NCBI GenBank assembly: GCA_951406725.2
Contig: OX597822.1
Coordinates: 44,454,001 to 44,518,000, forward strand
From: Octopus vulgaris
Lineage: Eukaryota
DNA length: 64,000 bases
Reading direction: 5' to 3'
Position numbers and translations under genes: made by a program. The notes beneath the pieces are model-generated. The model did no database searches and was not told the origin of the DNA. It saw nothing but the letters and a program-made list of their open reading frames with translations. Shown here piece by piece: positions 14,325 through 29,408 of the stretch (position 1 is the first letter of the stretch; every line of letters starts with the position of its first letter).

Positions 14325-14681
14325 GCATACATACTTACATGCATACGTACGTACGTAGAAGTATTGATAAAGATGCATACGTGTGTTTATGAGTCTGTAT
14401 ACATGAAATTGTGTTTATTCTTTTGAACAAATAATCGAAATTGCCAAAGATGTGGAAGAAACAAAAATTATAATACTCAACGTCAGTTTTTAGCGATGTA
14501 GAGCATGATGTAATTTTTCTTTTTAATTTAGCTGAAAGGTAAATTATTTACAAGAGATCCGTCGTTTCATCTCAACGATCGTCAGGATAATTATTTCGAC
14601 CATTGGTAAGATGAAACGAGAGATCTTTCGTAAATCATTTAGCTTCAAGCTAGTGTGTGTGTGTCTCTACCTGTATTCGTG

Positions 14682-14713
<32 letters not shown>

Positions 14714-14731
14714 TGTATGTATGTATGTATG

Positions 14732-14779
<48 letters not shown>

Positions 14780-14863
14780 CATACATATATATGTAAATAT
14801 GTGTGTAAATACATATATTTATATGTATACATTTGTGTATATATATATATAAATACATATATT

Positions 14864-14905
<42 letters not shown>

Positions 14906-15988
14906 CAGGGGTACGTGTGCATACATATATGTGTGTGTCTGAGCAGACATACGTGTGTGCGTGTGTGTGTGTACATACATATACATTAACCTGAGTGAAT
15001 GCGGCTACGTAGACCACGCTTTATTACACGTGTAGGTGTGAACACATACACATGTATTTATTTGCAGGTATACATTCACAAACGCAATGTTTTTCAAAAT
15101 CTGCGCATACCTTTGTATGGTCTTAAGTTTCAATATTGGTTAACACTTACGAACGGTCCTAAGTTTTGGCGTGACGTTTTATCTCGTCTCTGGGCCATGA
15201 AATATCAAGCAATACCGATGATAGGTGGGCGAAAAAAACCACAGAAATAAAAATAAATAGCAATATATTTGCAATGTTTATTTAGTTGTTTCTTTATATT
15301 TTCTTCTTTAAATCATATATCACTTTCCATCCGTACTTCCAACGTCAACTTCAACCTGAATTCACACAATACCAGCATTGATTACATCATTTACCTTCCA
15401 AGCCTACACTTTCTTGAATTAGGTTATATGATACGATGGTTTCGAAAAGGTCTTTCAGCTGCTTCTCATATTGGAATGAATGATTCAAGCGTTATGATAT
15501 TAATATTTTTCCATTTAGACTCATTTTATGCTCCCATCCTCTGCTGAACGCGTTCGGGGTATGAAGTAATAAGATTCATAACATTGTCTCTTTATTGTGA
15601 TGATCACCAAATGTAGAAAAAGTGTGACACCTTGTAATACGCCATTTTGTTGGGGGGGTTTTCTGTCATTTCAGCTAGGAAAGCGTGAAATATTTCCAAG
15701 TATTGCATGCACAGAAACCTTTATATATACAAAGGCATCAGGGTGAATAAGCATGAGAAATGTTCTCCGTATATACAACATCGATTATTAATTCAATATG
15801 GACAGTGAATACATATATATATATATATATGTGTGTGCATGTGAGGTAAATGTATTTCGATAAGTACACGTGTACATATGTATGTGTATGTGTGTGTGTG
15901 TGTAGTAAGACAGGTATATGTGCATATATATCAATATATGTGTATATATATATATGTGCGTGTGTGCCTGTGTGCATGTGTGTGTGTA

Positions 15989-16046
<58 letters not shown>

Positions 16047-16102
16047 ACCCCACCATTTATTGATCTATATATATATATATATATATATAATATAATATAA
16101 AC

Positions 16103-16315
16103 ATCATCATCATCATCATCATCGTTTGATGTCCGCTTTCCATACTGGCATGGGTTGGACGATTTGACTGAGGACTGCGAACCAGATGGCTGCACCAGGC
16201 TTCTACAGCTGGATGCCCTCCCTAACGTCAACCACTCCGAGAGGCCAGTCATGCGGTACTGGTAACGGCCGCGCTCAAATAGTGTTTTTTACGTGCCACC
16301 TTCACAGAAGCCAGT
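16103..16315 (-). mobile_element. Retroposon 3' end with (GAT)n tail (RTE-like or SINE)
   Basis: (CAT)n is followed by cgtttgatgtccgctttccatactggcatgggttggacg...ggatgccctccctaacgtcaaccact, a recognisable retroposon tail. Confidence 0.45.
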
Positions 16316-16649
16316 TAGTTCGTATGATGTTCTTAGCGCCCCACTAGCATCAACAGGTCTTCGCAAGCAGAGTTTCTTTTACTCTTTTACTTGGACATAT
16401 ATATGAATATATATGCGCGTGTGTGCAGTATGATATATATGTATGTATATACATAAATATAAATTTATACATGAATATATATATATATATATATATAGGT
16501 ACACACACACACAATTTTCGGAGCGGTGGCAGTCATCTTATATTTTGTCTCGTTGGCAAAAAGTTGATGCCAGCGTTAATCAGCAGGTTTGCCTCTCCGT
16601 TGACAGAAAATCAAATCGTTCTGAATAGATTCATAAATGCTGGAGAAAA

Positions 16650-17760
16650 CTTGTAGGATACTAATCCGAAATCCTTAAGGAAATGGAGGCTACTTTATCT
16701 GAGTCTTCACAAATTAAAAAAAAATTTAACATCCTGCTGAATGCTCAGTATGGCTGTTTCAGTATATGAGGTTTCTCCGACCTACACAAAGTGCGTATGC
16801 ATATATATTTGGTGTACGATATATTTGTGTCTACACTGTTCGGTGATATTGGAGTTCTATATAAAGATCTAATTCAATATACTTGTCGGTTGTACTGATG
16901 TTATGCTCCGTAAGTACTCATTTAATTCCACTGCTTTATAGAGACAAAACCTTTGAGGCTGGAAATTCTAGTGTATCTTAGAATGTGATCGGAGATCTGC
17001 GAAGCATTGCTATCCAGGCAAATGTTGCTACTTTTGATATACTGCTTCTTAAAAAGCTTGCATTATTCATGTGTAATAATAAAACGTTTATTTCACAGTA
17101 AAATGGAATTCTTAACTAAACTGTTGGTTACTTTTATACTGCAAATTAATGGAACTTTATATATTTTTCTGGGCCTGATCACTTGTAGAGCTATACATTC
17201 TGTGTAATGTTTACTCTCTGATGTTTCACCTTTATAGCACGCCTTTGCAATAGTTGAGTGCGCATTCTGAAATACTTTTACCAGATAATAAGTTTGTAAT
17301 TTTCCTAGTCAGCCTATCTTCAATGTTCTTTATAGCAGTTAAAATATTTATTTATGTATATTTGTTATTGTCTTTTACATAGCTCAGTTTGCTAGCGGTC
17401 AGATCTGTTATAATATGCAAAGTGTTAGCAGTTTTTAGAATGATGATTTTCAAATTGCATTCCTTAAAATATACCTTTTAGTTTCTCCCAGATGTAGGAA
17501 GCTGCTAAGCTGCTAAACAGTAATCCTCGTGTGGGATTTTGTTAAGGTTATGAGCTGAAACCAATCAAAGGTTCACAATAATCTGTTTTATTGTAAATAG
17601 CTACTATATATAGTCGTCATATACAGAATTCCTTTCCTATTTTAGTCATAAAAGTACGTGATAACAGATCAATGACCCGCTAAAGATCTGGTGTTACTAT
17701 CTCTTAATGTATAAAAGATATTTCCAGATTTCCACTAACTTTAGAAAGAAATTATATATA
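16650..17760 (-). pseudogene. Possible highly decayed Penelope-like coding remnant (RT C-terminus and GIY-YIG)
   Basis: Minus-strand fragments SECALNYC and CRHKYIVHQI...VGETS resemble the PLE thumb and GIY-YIG (IVY..YIGET) regions. There are many stops and frameshifts. Confidence 0.35.
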
Positions 17761-18034
17761 GATTAGTAGAAACTTTTTCTTTGACTCGCATTTTCTTTCC
17801 CTCTTTCTCTTTCTCCATTTTTCTCTCTCCTAAATACCTTGCCTCGTGTATATATCTTGTCCACTCCACCAAGTAATCTGTCTCACATCCATTTCTTAGC
17901 CCTCACATCAACGCCTCATATGTGTAATCATTTTCAATTTCTCCTTCATAGAATTTCACCACCTTCTCTCTATCCCCCTCTCTCACCTCAAAATCCCCTC
18001 CCTCTCTTTCAGATTTATCTCAAATTCTTCTTTT

Positions 18035-18323
18035 ACCTTTTTTTTTACTCGTTTCAATCATTTGGCAGATACCACGCCATGCTGCAGCAGCTCCTTGAAG
18101 ATTAGAGTCGGTTATTATATCTATCGTTCTATTTTACCATTAAGTTGCGGTGATTGGTCAATGGCGTAGATAAAAACAGGGACCTCCACGGAGTTTTCGC
18201 CTTTCAATATCATTCATATGCCATTGGTAGATCTGGGGCTATATAAAAGACACCTGCTCAAGATCCACTCGGTGGGACTGGCCCTGAGGCCACGTGGTCG
18301 TAACGCAACCATACAGCCACACC
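18035..18323 (-). mobile_element. SINE family 1, degraded
   Basis: Diverged reverse-complement homology. Confidence 0.65.
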
Positions 18324-18749
18324 TATCAATTTATTTTGCAGTTGATTAATCAGAGGAAAAGGAAGGATTCATGCCCCATTTTCGGGGCCTTCGACAGCTA
18401 CATGAGAAAAGTATCTACTTTGAAGCCAGACACGTCAGCTTGACCCTTACACCAGATTACTATGAGCACCCAAGGACCATATGATACTATTAAAACAAGC
18501 AGTCATAGCAACACACGAATAGACTAAGATAGGATTTGAAATAAGAACTCAAGAAGCCGTAACAAAAATCCAACATGTGTTCAGCAATGGCTCTCATCCA
18601 GGGTCCATATCAGATTTCAGGGGATCCACGTAAGCAAAATAGAAAATTGGGTACGCACATATGTATATATTGCGTCCGTGGAAGGATCATACTGTTGATG
18701 AGTTTATTGCAAGAAACAAGCATATTACTTTCTCTAACGCTTTACAGAG

Positions 18750-18903
18750 TGACTTTGTGGTAAGAAACTTGCTTCTCAACTACATAGTTCCGGGTTCAGT
18801 TCCTCTGCCTGGCACCTTGGACAAGTGTCTTCTACTATAGCATCAGGTCCACCAAAAACCTTGTGAGTGGATTTGGTAGATGGAAACTGAAAGAAGCCCC
18901 TCA
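18750..18903 (+). mobile_element. SINE family 1, 5' half
   Basis: Head through gaaactgaaagaagccc. Confidence 0.8.
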
Positions 18904-19266
18904 TACATATATATAAATATATAATTATTATCGCTGTTGTTGCTTGTTTCCACTTTTTCGAGATCAGTGACGTTTCGTCACTGGAAAAAGTATATATCTT
19001 TGCATTGAGAATAGCTTCCCATCGCCAACCGCTGGTTGTCAAACTCGGGTCCATGTACATGATATCAGGTTGGAGATGGGAACGATGACTTCCCTTTGCA
19101 AATAGTGGTAGGGCAAAGACAGTGTGTCAATAGCCAGCTGGAGGAAATGTCTTCCTGGGTCTACAATCTACAGTAGCATCAACATTTAAGGGCTAGTCTC
19201 ATTTATGTGGCAAATATAATTCACGATGTCGTACGGCTACTGTTTACACCTCGCTCAGAGATTTAT

Positions 19267-19519
<253 letters not shown>

Positions 19520-19922
19520 CAAGTAGATGAATAAATGAATAGTTCAATATACATAAGTTGTGTGAGAAACAAAATGGGAATTTTGAAAGAAGTATCGATA
19601 AAACTAGTCTTTAAACTTGGAAGGACTATGGGACCCACCAAAGTAAAATAGTAATCTAGGAGCCATAGATAAATAAAATGGTTGAAAACACTTACAGCAT
19701 CTCTACAGCATCGGCCAAGTCACATCCCAACACTGGGATTTTATTTCTCGACGCTAGAAGTATAAAATACCGTCTAAGATGACACAGGTGGGATTTGAAC
19801 TCAGAAACGTAGGTTTCGTAATAGATACCACAAAGCATTTCTTCAAACGCACTAAAGTATTTTCTAATTCAACGTTTTAAATTTCATCCATATTTTCTTC
19901 ATTTTCTCCTGCCTTCTCTCTT

Positions 19923-19986
<64 letters not shown>

Positions 19987-20465
19987 TTACCAAATTAGAT
20001 CTTTCACTAATTTGCGCCCTCCTCTCGCTACATCAGATTCTGTCTCTATCTCAGTCTTTCCTGTTCTCACACCACCCCCTCTCTTTCTATCTGTTGATAG
20101 ATAGATAGATAGAGAGATGTTTTATACATATATGTGTGTGTGTATGTGTGTGTATGCATGTATATATGTAAGTGATATAAATACTACAGTATTAATATTG
20201 AAGTATCAAAACTGAAAGTATCTCACGTTACAATAGAAATGTTATTGTTTCACTTTTGACATGTAATACTGAAATAGTAGAAGTAATAAGAGATTGCTCC
20301 GGGTTCGCATTAAGCAAAAAGTTGAAATTTTTTAGCCCATGACACTGCATGGACCCTAAGTAAGGCATGTCTAAAATTTGAATGAAATATTTATGGAGTT
20401 TTAGTAATCCACACATACCAACAGACAGAAACACACACATTCTCAGTTTTATATATATAGATGTT

Positions 20466-20507
<42 letters not shown>

Positions 20508-20523
20508 TGTTTGTGTTTGTGTA

Positions 20524-20757
20524 TTTACTCTTTTACTATTTTCCACGTTTCAATCATTTGATTGCGGCAATGCTGGAGCACCACCATTAATTGAACAAAT
20601 CGACGCTAGGACTTATTCTTTGTAAGCCTAGTACTTACTCAGTCGGCTCTTTCTCCGAATCGCTAAGTTAGGGGGTCATAAACACACCGACATCGGTTGG
20701 CAAGCAATGGCGCGTAGACGAACACAGATACAAAGACACACACATAAATATACATAC

Positions 20758-20788
<31 letters not shown>

Positions 20789-20805
20789 TATATATATATA
20801 TATGT

Positions 20806-20858
<53 letters not shown>

Positions 20859-20946
20859 CTTTGGTCGGGACGAGACTATAGTAGAAGACACTTGTCAAAG
20901 GTAGCACGTGGTGGGACTGAACCTGGAATCGTGTGGTTGGGAAGCA
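20524..20946 (-). mobile_element. SINE family 1
   Basis: Reverse-complement homology with an expanded internal (TA)n. Confidence 0.82.
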
Positions 20947-21039
20947 CATGATCGTAATTACTTTTTCCTTACAAACCCCATGTTTCTATCTCTCGCTCTC
21001 CACTCCGTTCTCTAACTCATTCTCGTTCTGTCTCTCTTT

Positions 21040-21080
<41 letters not shown>

Positions 21081-21673
21081 CATTCTCCCTCTTCCCCTAA
21101 CACCACATTTCTAAATCAATCATCCTTAATTCATCTCTCTCTTTTCAAATCCATCACTTTGTCTTGTTCTACGTCACCTTAAGAATCCTACTTCTGCCCA
21201 TCCTCCCCTCGCTCCTTCTTCTTCACTATATCAACCCGTCCGCGCACTGTAAAACCAACACCACCAACACCAACACAAGACCATTATAATAAAACTTGCA
21301 GCCTCCTCCACACACATACACACACACCGACAACCACAATGCAACCGGTGCAAAATTAATACAACACACGTCAGTATACTAAGTAGAATGTTCAGTCTCC
21401 TTTGATGTACCGGATAAATATGTAGATGTTGCCAGTTTATGGCTGGGAGTACGTTCCCTAGAGAGAAAACATTCGCATAATCCCAGCACCTTGTATTAAA
21501 CCACTGGCGACGGCGGTGGAAGTGCTGGTGCTGGTAGTGGAGTTGGTGGTGCTGGTGGTGCTGGTGATAGTTGAAAAATGTAGTCGGCTGGATAGTGTCG
21601 GTGACGGAGTACAAAAGGTAACAGCAGTATCCTCATCACATGCATAAATGGAGACATATATACTATATATATA

Positions 21674-21721
<48 letters not shown>

Positions 21722-21727
21722 ATAAAA

Positions 21728-21809
<82 letters not shown>

Positions 21810-21883
21810 ATAGATATGCATGTATATAAAGATATATATATATATATATATATGTTTGTATATAGATATGCATATATATAAAG

Positions 21884-21972
<89 letters not shown>

Positions 21973-21975
<3 letters not shown>

Positions 21976-22145
21976 TACAAAAAAGACAAAAGACGAAGAT
22001 GGGTGTGTAAACAACAATCAGATGTATTAGTTCAACGCTCGAAAGTGAGAAAGTCTTTTACGTTGCGAGCCAAAGTTCTTCAACAGAATGGAACACGAGA
22101 AAATAAACAGAGAGAGAAAATATTAAAAGGTTTAGTGGTTAGCGA
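21973..22145 (-). mobile_element. Family A short HHR-bearing element, degenerate copy
   Basis: Minus strand reads ctgttgaagaactttggctcgcaacgtaaaagactttctcactt...ctaatacatctg, homologous to the copies at 34370, 42965 and 59225. It ends at a (GA)n/(TA)n tract. Confidence 0.65.
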
Positions 22146-22223
22146 TATATATATCTATAAATGTATATACATGCACACACATGCTGAGCCGGGATGTAAT
22201 CGCTCCACCGTCGACTCGAGATT

Positions 22224-22277
22224 TCCTTAGACTAACCGCTTAGTTTCGTCTGTATCCGAAGGCTTCGTCAGTGAGGA
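22224..22277 (-). ncRNA. Type I hammerhead ribozyme motif with a fully looped stem III
   Basis: Minus strand reads tcctca-CTGACGA-a-gcct(tcggatac)agac-GAAA-ctaa(gcgg)ttag-TC^taagga. The core and GUC triplet are canonical, with single mismatches in stems I and II. Confidence 0.8.
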
Positions 22278-22493
22278 CCGGTCTCTCGGCAGACATCGGG
22301 CAGCTTTAACAGTCAGCATATATATATATGTATATATATATTTACCATGAAAATCTATGGATGGTTTAGCGGAATGCTAATGCGTATACAAAATCTTAAT
22401 ATAAACAGCTAGGCACAGTGCGATATCGTAAAGGAAAGTTTCAATCGTCACTGAATGTGACTAAGGTTGCCGAGACCCAACATTGCTAGAAAT

Positions 22494-22529
<36 letters not shown>

Positions 22530-22607
22530 GAATATTTCATTCCATAGTTATACCCTAGAAAGAGAATAGTTAGATAGTGTGGCGATAGGATGGATATATA
22601 TATATAT

Positions 22608-22690
<83 letters not shown>

Positions 22691-22704
22691 CATATGCATA
22701 TACT

Positions 22705-23210
<506 letters not shown>

Positions 23211-23650
23211 TATATATACATATAAATATTTATAGATACAGATACATGTATATGTATGTATGTATGCATCTATGTTTGTACGTATGTATGTATGTATGTA
23301 TGTGTGTATGTATGTATGTATGTATGTATGTATGTATGTATGTATGTATTTATGTATTTATGTATCTATGTGTGTATGTATGTATGTATGTGTGTGTGTA
23401 TGTATGTATGTGTGTGTGTATCGTTTATCTTTTACTTGTTTCTGTTGTTTCTGCCATTGGGCGACAATCCTCGACGGCTTTTCGTCGAAATGATTAACTC
23501 CAGAACATATCTTTAACCTGGTTCTTATTCTTTTTGGGTATTATTGCCGAACCGCTAAGCTACAGGGCCATATACAAACTAACAACGGTTTCAAATAATT
23601 TTTGAGAATAAATACAGATAAATACGCATGTACACAGGCGCGTATATATA

Positions 23651-24216
23651 TTGGATTGTCCGGAAAGTTCATGCCGATTTATAGTAGCTTACCTTTCTAC
23701 TTAGTTTAGAACATGGTTAAGTCCATAAAATAGGATTTGACTACACCTCCATTTAGAGCACAGTTTAAGCTATTGTTTCGTGGAAGAAATTTTATGTTCC
23801 TATAACCTGTGTTAATTCTGTAATCCTTTAAAATGGAAGATAAGAAAGCTCATTTTCGGTCTTGGTATTTTGGGAACCAGACAAAAATTGCTGCAGCTCG
23901 GCTGGTATGTGTTACTCCACCTTCCATATTCACCAGATATTGCTCCTTTGGATTTCCACTTATTCAGGTCTCTGCAGTATAGACTTAATGGTAAAAATTT
24001 CAATTCCTTGGATGACGTAAAAAGATACCTTGATGAATTCTTTGCCATGAAACCACCTCAATTCTGGGAAGAGGGTATTTTCAAGTTAAAGGAAAGATGG
24101 AGACGCATTGTGTAACAAAATGGTTCATATTTGGTAGAGTAAAAATGTAATGGCAAGTATTTATTGACCTTTTTCTTACCTTCAAAAATTGGCACGAACT
24201 TTCCGGACAACATAAA
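23651..24216 (+). mobile_element. Internally deleted mariner transposon
   Basis: TIRs are ttggattgtccggaaagttcatgccgattt and aaattggcacgaactttccggacaa, with TA at the left flank. An N-terminal MEDKKAHFR (23833) is joined to a C-terminal ...HLPYSPDIAPLDFHLFRSLQ...GIFKLKERWRRIV, containing the YSPDLAPSD-type motif. Confidence 0.9.
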
Positions 24217-24274
24217 TACATATATATAACTAGATATCTATCTGCTTGTCTGTCTCTCTCAATCTCTCTCCCTT

Positions 24275-24410
<136 letters not shown>

Positions 24411-25759
24411 CCTACATACATACCTACATACATACATATTTGTCTATCTATCTATCAATATATATTTATATTAACTACGTATCTGTTTATAATATCTCTC
24501 TATTTCCCTGTATCTCTCTCTGTGCGCGCGCGTGTGTGTGTGTGAGTATTTTGTGTGTATGTGCGTAAGAGGATGTAGAAGCGATGGCCGAATGCGTGTG
24601 GATGTATAATATACCCACCGCAACCACCACCATCAACAACACCACCACCAAGCAAATCAATGAAAACCAGTAAAATGTTTCAAAATATATTCTGAAATGG
24701 TTTAATGTAGTGAAGGAGCGAAAAATACAATTTCACGTGAGACCTGCTACTCTCAATATGGAGGAATGTTGTTCATCGATATTTCTTGATGCGCAGGCGT
24801 CGATTTAGTTTCCGGTGAATGATCCACAATGGATTTTCGTCCTCGTTTTGTATTTTGAGTTCGATCGTTCACCCGTCTGTTTGTTTAATTTCTGTTTTTA
24901 TTTTCGTTTTTTCTTCTCCCTCATTGTTTGTGCGCGTGCATGTGGGAATCGCCGTGTATGCGTGTATACGAATTTGTTTGCATATTATGCATACATATAC
25001 ATACATATGCATACATACCTATGCATACATACATATGCATACATATATGGATATATCTGGATATCTGGATAAATATATATGAATATATATATATGTATTT
25101 ATATATATATATACGAATATATGAGTATATATATATATATATATATATGAATGTATGTATGTATGTATGTATGCATGTATATATATGCATATATATGTAT
25201 GTGTGTATATATATATATGCATATGTATTTATATACATATATATACATATATTTACACACATGTATTTATATATATATATATATGGTTATATATTCGTGT
25301 GTGTGAGTGTGTGCGGATATATTTTATACGTATGTGTGTACGCGTGTTTGTGCTTATATGAGTGTTAAATTCTTCCGTCTTTTGCTAGCAATGTCCTTTT
25401 GTGTTTAATTACGAAGATGCTGGCCACTCTGGCGTTCATGGAAATCCTATTATTTTCGTGTTTAAAGAAATAATATTGCCGGAAACCCTGGTGTCGCTGG
25501 AGGTGGCGGTTGAAATGAAGGTGGTGATAGCTTACGACAGTGATAGCGGTGTCGGAGGTGTAGTTGTGGTACTTGTGATGATGTTGCTGCGGCTGCAGTT
25601 ATTGTTGTTGTGTTGTTGTTGTTAGCAATGGTGATAGTTTTGGTGGTGGTGTTCATGGTGGTGTTTGTGGTGATGATGGTCATGGCGATGTTAGTGCTGC
25701 TCAGATTGTTAGTAGTACTGGCTCTAAAGTTTATGATTGTGTTTTTTGTCCGTGTCATT

Positions 25760-26260
25760 TATGCGTGATGTTTTACAATGTTGATGTTGCTGCTCTTGTT
25801 GTTATTATTGTTGTTGCTGTTGTTGTTGGTGGTGGTGTTGGTGGTGGTGGTAGTGGTGGTAGTGGTGGTGGTGTTGGTGGTGACGAGGATGATGATAACG
25901 ACGACGATGATGATAATGATGCTGGTGCTGGTGGTGACAATCATGATGATGCTGACGATGATGATGATGACGATGATGATGATAATGGTGGTGGTGGTGA
26001 TTATGATGATGGTGGTGGCGGCGGCGGCGGTGGTGGTGGTGGTGGTGGTGGTGGTCGATAATGATGGTGTTGGTGATGGTGACGATGATGATGATGATAA
26101 TGGTGGTGGTAGTGGTTACGATGTTGATCTTAACGACGATGATGATAATGGTGGTAGTGGTGGTAGTGAGGGTGATGATGATGACGATGATGATGGTAGA
26201 TGAGGTAGTGAGGATGATGATGAAGATGATGATGATGGTGGTCGTGAAGATGATGATAAG
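25760..26260. repeat. Compound (GGT)/(GAT)/(GTT) trinucleotide repeat
   Basis: Directly visible. Confidence 0.9.
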
Positions 26261-26654
26261 GTGGTAGTTGTGCTGGTGGTGATGAGTTTGTTTATGGTGC
26301 TGAGGTTATTTGAGATGATATCAGAGACGGTGATAATGCTGATGAGGATGTGGATGATGGTGATATTGGAGATGATGGCTATAGGGATGACAGCGTTTGG
26401 AATGGGAGATCATGATGATGCTGATCATGATAACGTTACTATTGGTTTCAAATTTTGGTACGGGGAAGTGAGTAAGTCGATTACATCAACCCCCGTACGC
26501 AACTGGTACTTATTTTATCGACATTGGAAGGAAGGAAGGAAGAAAAGCAAAGTCGACCTCGGCGGAATTTGAACCCAGAATATAAAAACAAACGAGACGC
26601 TGCAAAGCATTTCGCTCGGCGTATTAACGATTCTGCCATCTCCTCACCTTAGAT

Positions 26655-26996
26655 ACTCTTTACTTGTTTCAGTCATTTAACTACGGCCATGCTGGAGCAC
26701 CGCCTTTAGTCGAGGAAATCGACGCCACGACTTATTCTTTGTAAGCCTAGTACTTATTCTATCGGTGCCTCTTGCCGAACCGCTAAGTTACGGGGACGTA
26801 AACACACCAACATCGGTTGTCAAGCGATGTTGGGGGGGGGGGGTTCTTTCGGTTTCCGTCTACCAAATTCACTCACTTAGGCTTTGGTCGGCCCGAGGCT
26901 ACAGTAGAAGACACTTGCCCAAGGTGCCTCGCAGTGGAACTGTACACGGAACCATGTGGTTGGTAAGCAAGCTACTTACCCCACAGCAACTCCTGA
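26655..26996 (-). mobile_element. SINE family 1 lacking the internal microsatellite
   Basis: Reverse-complement homology to the full copies. Confidence 0.88.
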
Positions 26997-27405
26997 TTGA
27001 TATTGTATGTTGCGTTAATAACGATAATAACGTTTATTAGTTTAGCTTCTTTCAAAGCGGCACGCTGGCAGAATCGTTAGCGGTATTTCGCCTGCCTCTA
27101 CGTTCTGACTTCAAATTCTGCCGAGGTCGACTTTGCCTTTCGGGATCGATAAATCAAGTACCACTTAAATACTGTGGTCGATGTATTTGACTATCCCCCC
27201 CCTCAAAATTGTTGACGTTGTGGCAAAATTTGCAACCATTATTTTGGCCTTTTATGATCAAATGTATTCCATCTTTGACCACCCCTTTTAACCTATGTAC
27301 AGGAAAATCGGTTAGACAGAGCACAATTCGTAATTCTAAAACGGTGTCATCATATTTGAGGGAAATTTGGCTGCTATTTCTAGCTGATCTATCAACCATG
27401 TAGAA

Positions 27406-27696
27406 CAGGGTTTCCCAACCATTTTTTTAATCTATTGATTACGATTGTATTGAAATGGACTCCCTTAGCCATTCGATGCCTAAAAATTGGTTTTATACAA
27501 ACTATTTCAAAATTCCTATCATATAGGCGCAGGAGTGGCTGTGTGGTAAGTAGCTTGCTTACCAACCACATGGTTCCGGGTTCAGTCCCACTGCGTGACA
27601 TCTTGGGCAAGTGTCTTCTGCTATAGCCTCGGGCCGACCAATGCCTTGTGAGTGGATTTGGTAGATGGAAACTGAAAGAAGCCTGTCGTATATATG

Positions 27697-27727
<31 letters not shown>

Positions 27728-28124
27728 ATATGTTTGTGTGTTTGTCCCCCTAGCATTGCTTGACAACCGATGCTGGTGTGTTTAGGTCCCCGTCACTTAG
27801 CGGTTCGGCAAAAGAGACCGATAGAATAGGTACTGGGCTTACAAAGAATAAGTCCCGGGGTCGATTTGCTCGACTAAAGACGGTGCTCCAGCATGGCCGC
27901 AGTCAAATGACTGAAACTAGTAAAAGAGTAAAGAATAAAAGAGATATAAAATGTTAGAGAAAGAAACCTAGCTGCTTATTGCAATACATACTTCTAAAAC
28001 AAAACTTTTTTAGGGGCACGTAAAATGCTATTATCGATCCCCGATTTACAATTTTGTTATGTGGAGCCTCAGAAAGTTTATATGGGCCATCAGGGGCTAT
28101 ATGGACCCCGATTGAGGACTACTG
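27406..28124. mobile_element. Non-autonomous hAT (Charlie-like) element with a nested SINE
   Basis: An exact 8-bp TSD ATGTAGAA lies at 27398-27405 and 28125-28132 (NTNTAGAN type). The degenerate TIRs are cagggtttcccaacc and gattgaggactactg. Confidence 0.8.
27526..27941 (+). mobile_element. SINE family 1, full length, nested in the hAT element
   Basis: Near-consensus copy ggcgcaggagtggctgtgtggtaagtagcttgcttaccaaccacatggttccgggttcagtccc... Confidence 0.92.
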
Positions 28125-28431
28125 ATGTAGAAGTTGACTTGGCTCGTAGAAGAATGGTTTGAGGAAGGGAAACGACTGATGGTAATATGGACAATAGATG
28201 AGGTAGCTGGTACCAGAGTCCTGATTTGCAAATAGAACATACCAGGTGCTCAGAGCCCGGAAATTGCTTGGAGACACAAGGCGCGTTTTAAAAACTCCAA
28301 AGCAAGAACCTAGTTGTAGCTTGTATCTTTATGCTGTGTACATTAAATGATATTTATCTCTCATTGGATGGGGCATTTGTTTTTTGCTGATCTTACCTTA
28401 ACGGAACAGTAAACCACATACATACATACAT

Positions 28432-28490
<59 letters not shown>

Positions 28491-28526
28491 ATCCAAACAA
28501 GGAAACACAAAAAAAAACAACAACGC

Positions 28527-28568
<42 letters not shown>

Positions 28569-28659
28569 ATATACAGACACACACATATATATATATGTAT
28601 AATACAAAAACGAAGTATATATACATATATATATATATATATACATATAAATATATATG

Positions 28660-28693
<34 letters not shown>

Positions 28694-29217
28694 TGTATAT
28701 ATATATGTATACGCAGATTTTATATGCACACAGAACCACTTGTAAGGCAACCTAGATAACAACGAAAGAGAGGTTATAGTAGAAGGAGAAGAAGAAGGGG
28801 AGCAGAAGATGGAGAAGAAGATGAACATCAACAACAACAGCAACAATCACAATAACAACCACAACTACAAGGCTAAAAAGAAGAAGGATGCGGTGCACGG
28901 AATAACCTTCTTCGTTAAGTGTGCTTCAACAGCAAGTGCCAGTAGCCAATAGCGGTTAAGAGCCATTATCACAAATTCCATCATCACAAACAGCATACAC
29001 CACTAATTTTACACCGTCAAACTCTCACACTCGTAATACCATCAGCATCACCGCCACCACCCCCACTAACAACAGCAACAACAACAACAACAACAACAAC
29101 GCCACCACTTCCATCACGGCTACCAGAAACTGCCACTGATGCCAACATCTGAAATACCATCTCCATACGTATTAGCCTCATCCCCAATATCGCTACGACC
29201 ACACATCTACTACTACG

Positions 29218-29318
<101 letters not shown>

Positions 29319-29408
29319 TAATAATAATAATAATAATATTAATAATAATAATAATGATAATAATATAAAATATTATGAAATATGAAGTAGATTGACAAGT
29401 TTATCTTT

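Noticed and set aside
21231-21614. 127-aa His/Gln-rich minus-strand ORF
   Set aside because: Low-complexity CAC/CAG repeats, with no recognisable domain or convincing splice structure.
27526-27600. tRNA gene
   Set aside because: The A/B-box-like sequence is the head of a multicopy SINE and does not form a complete cloverleaf.
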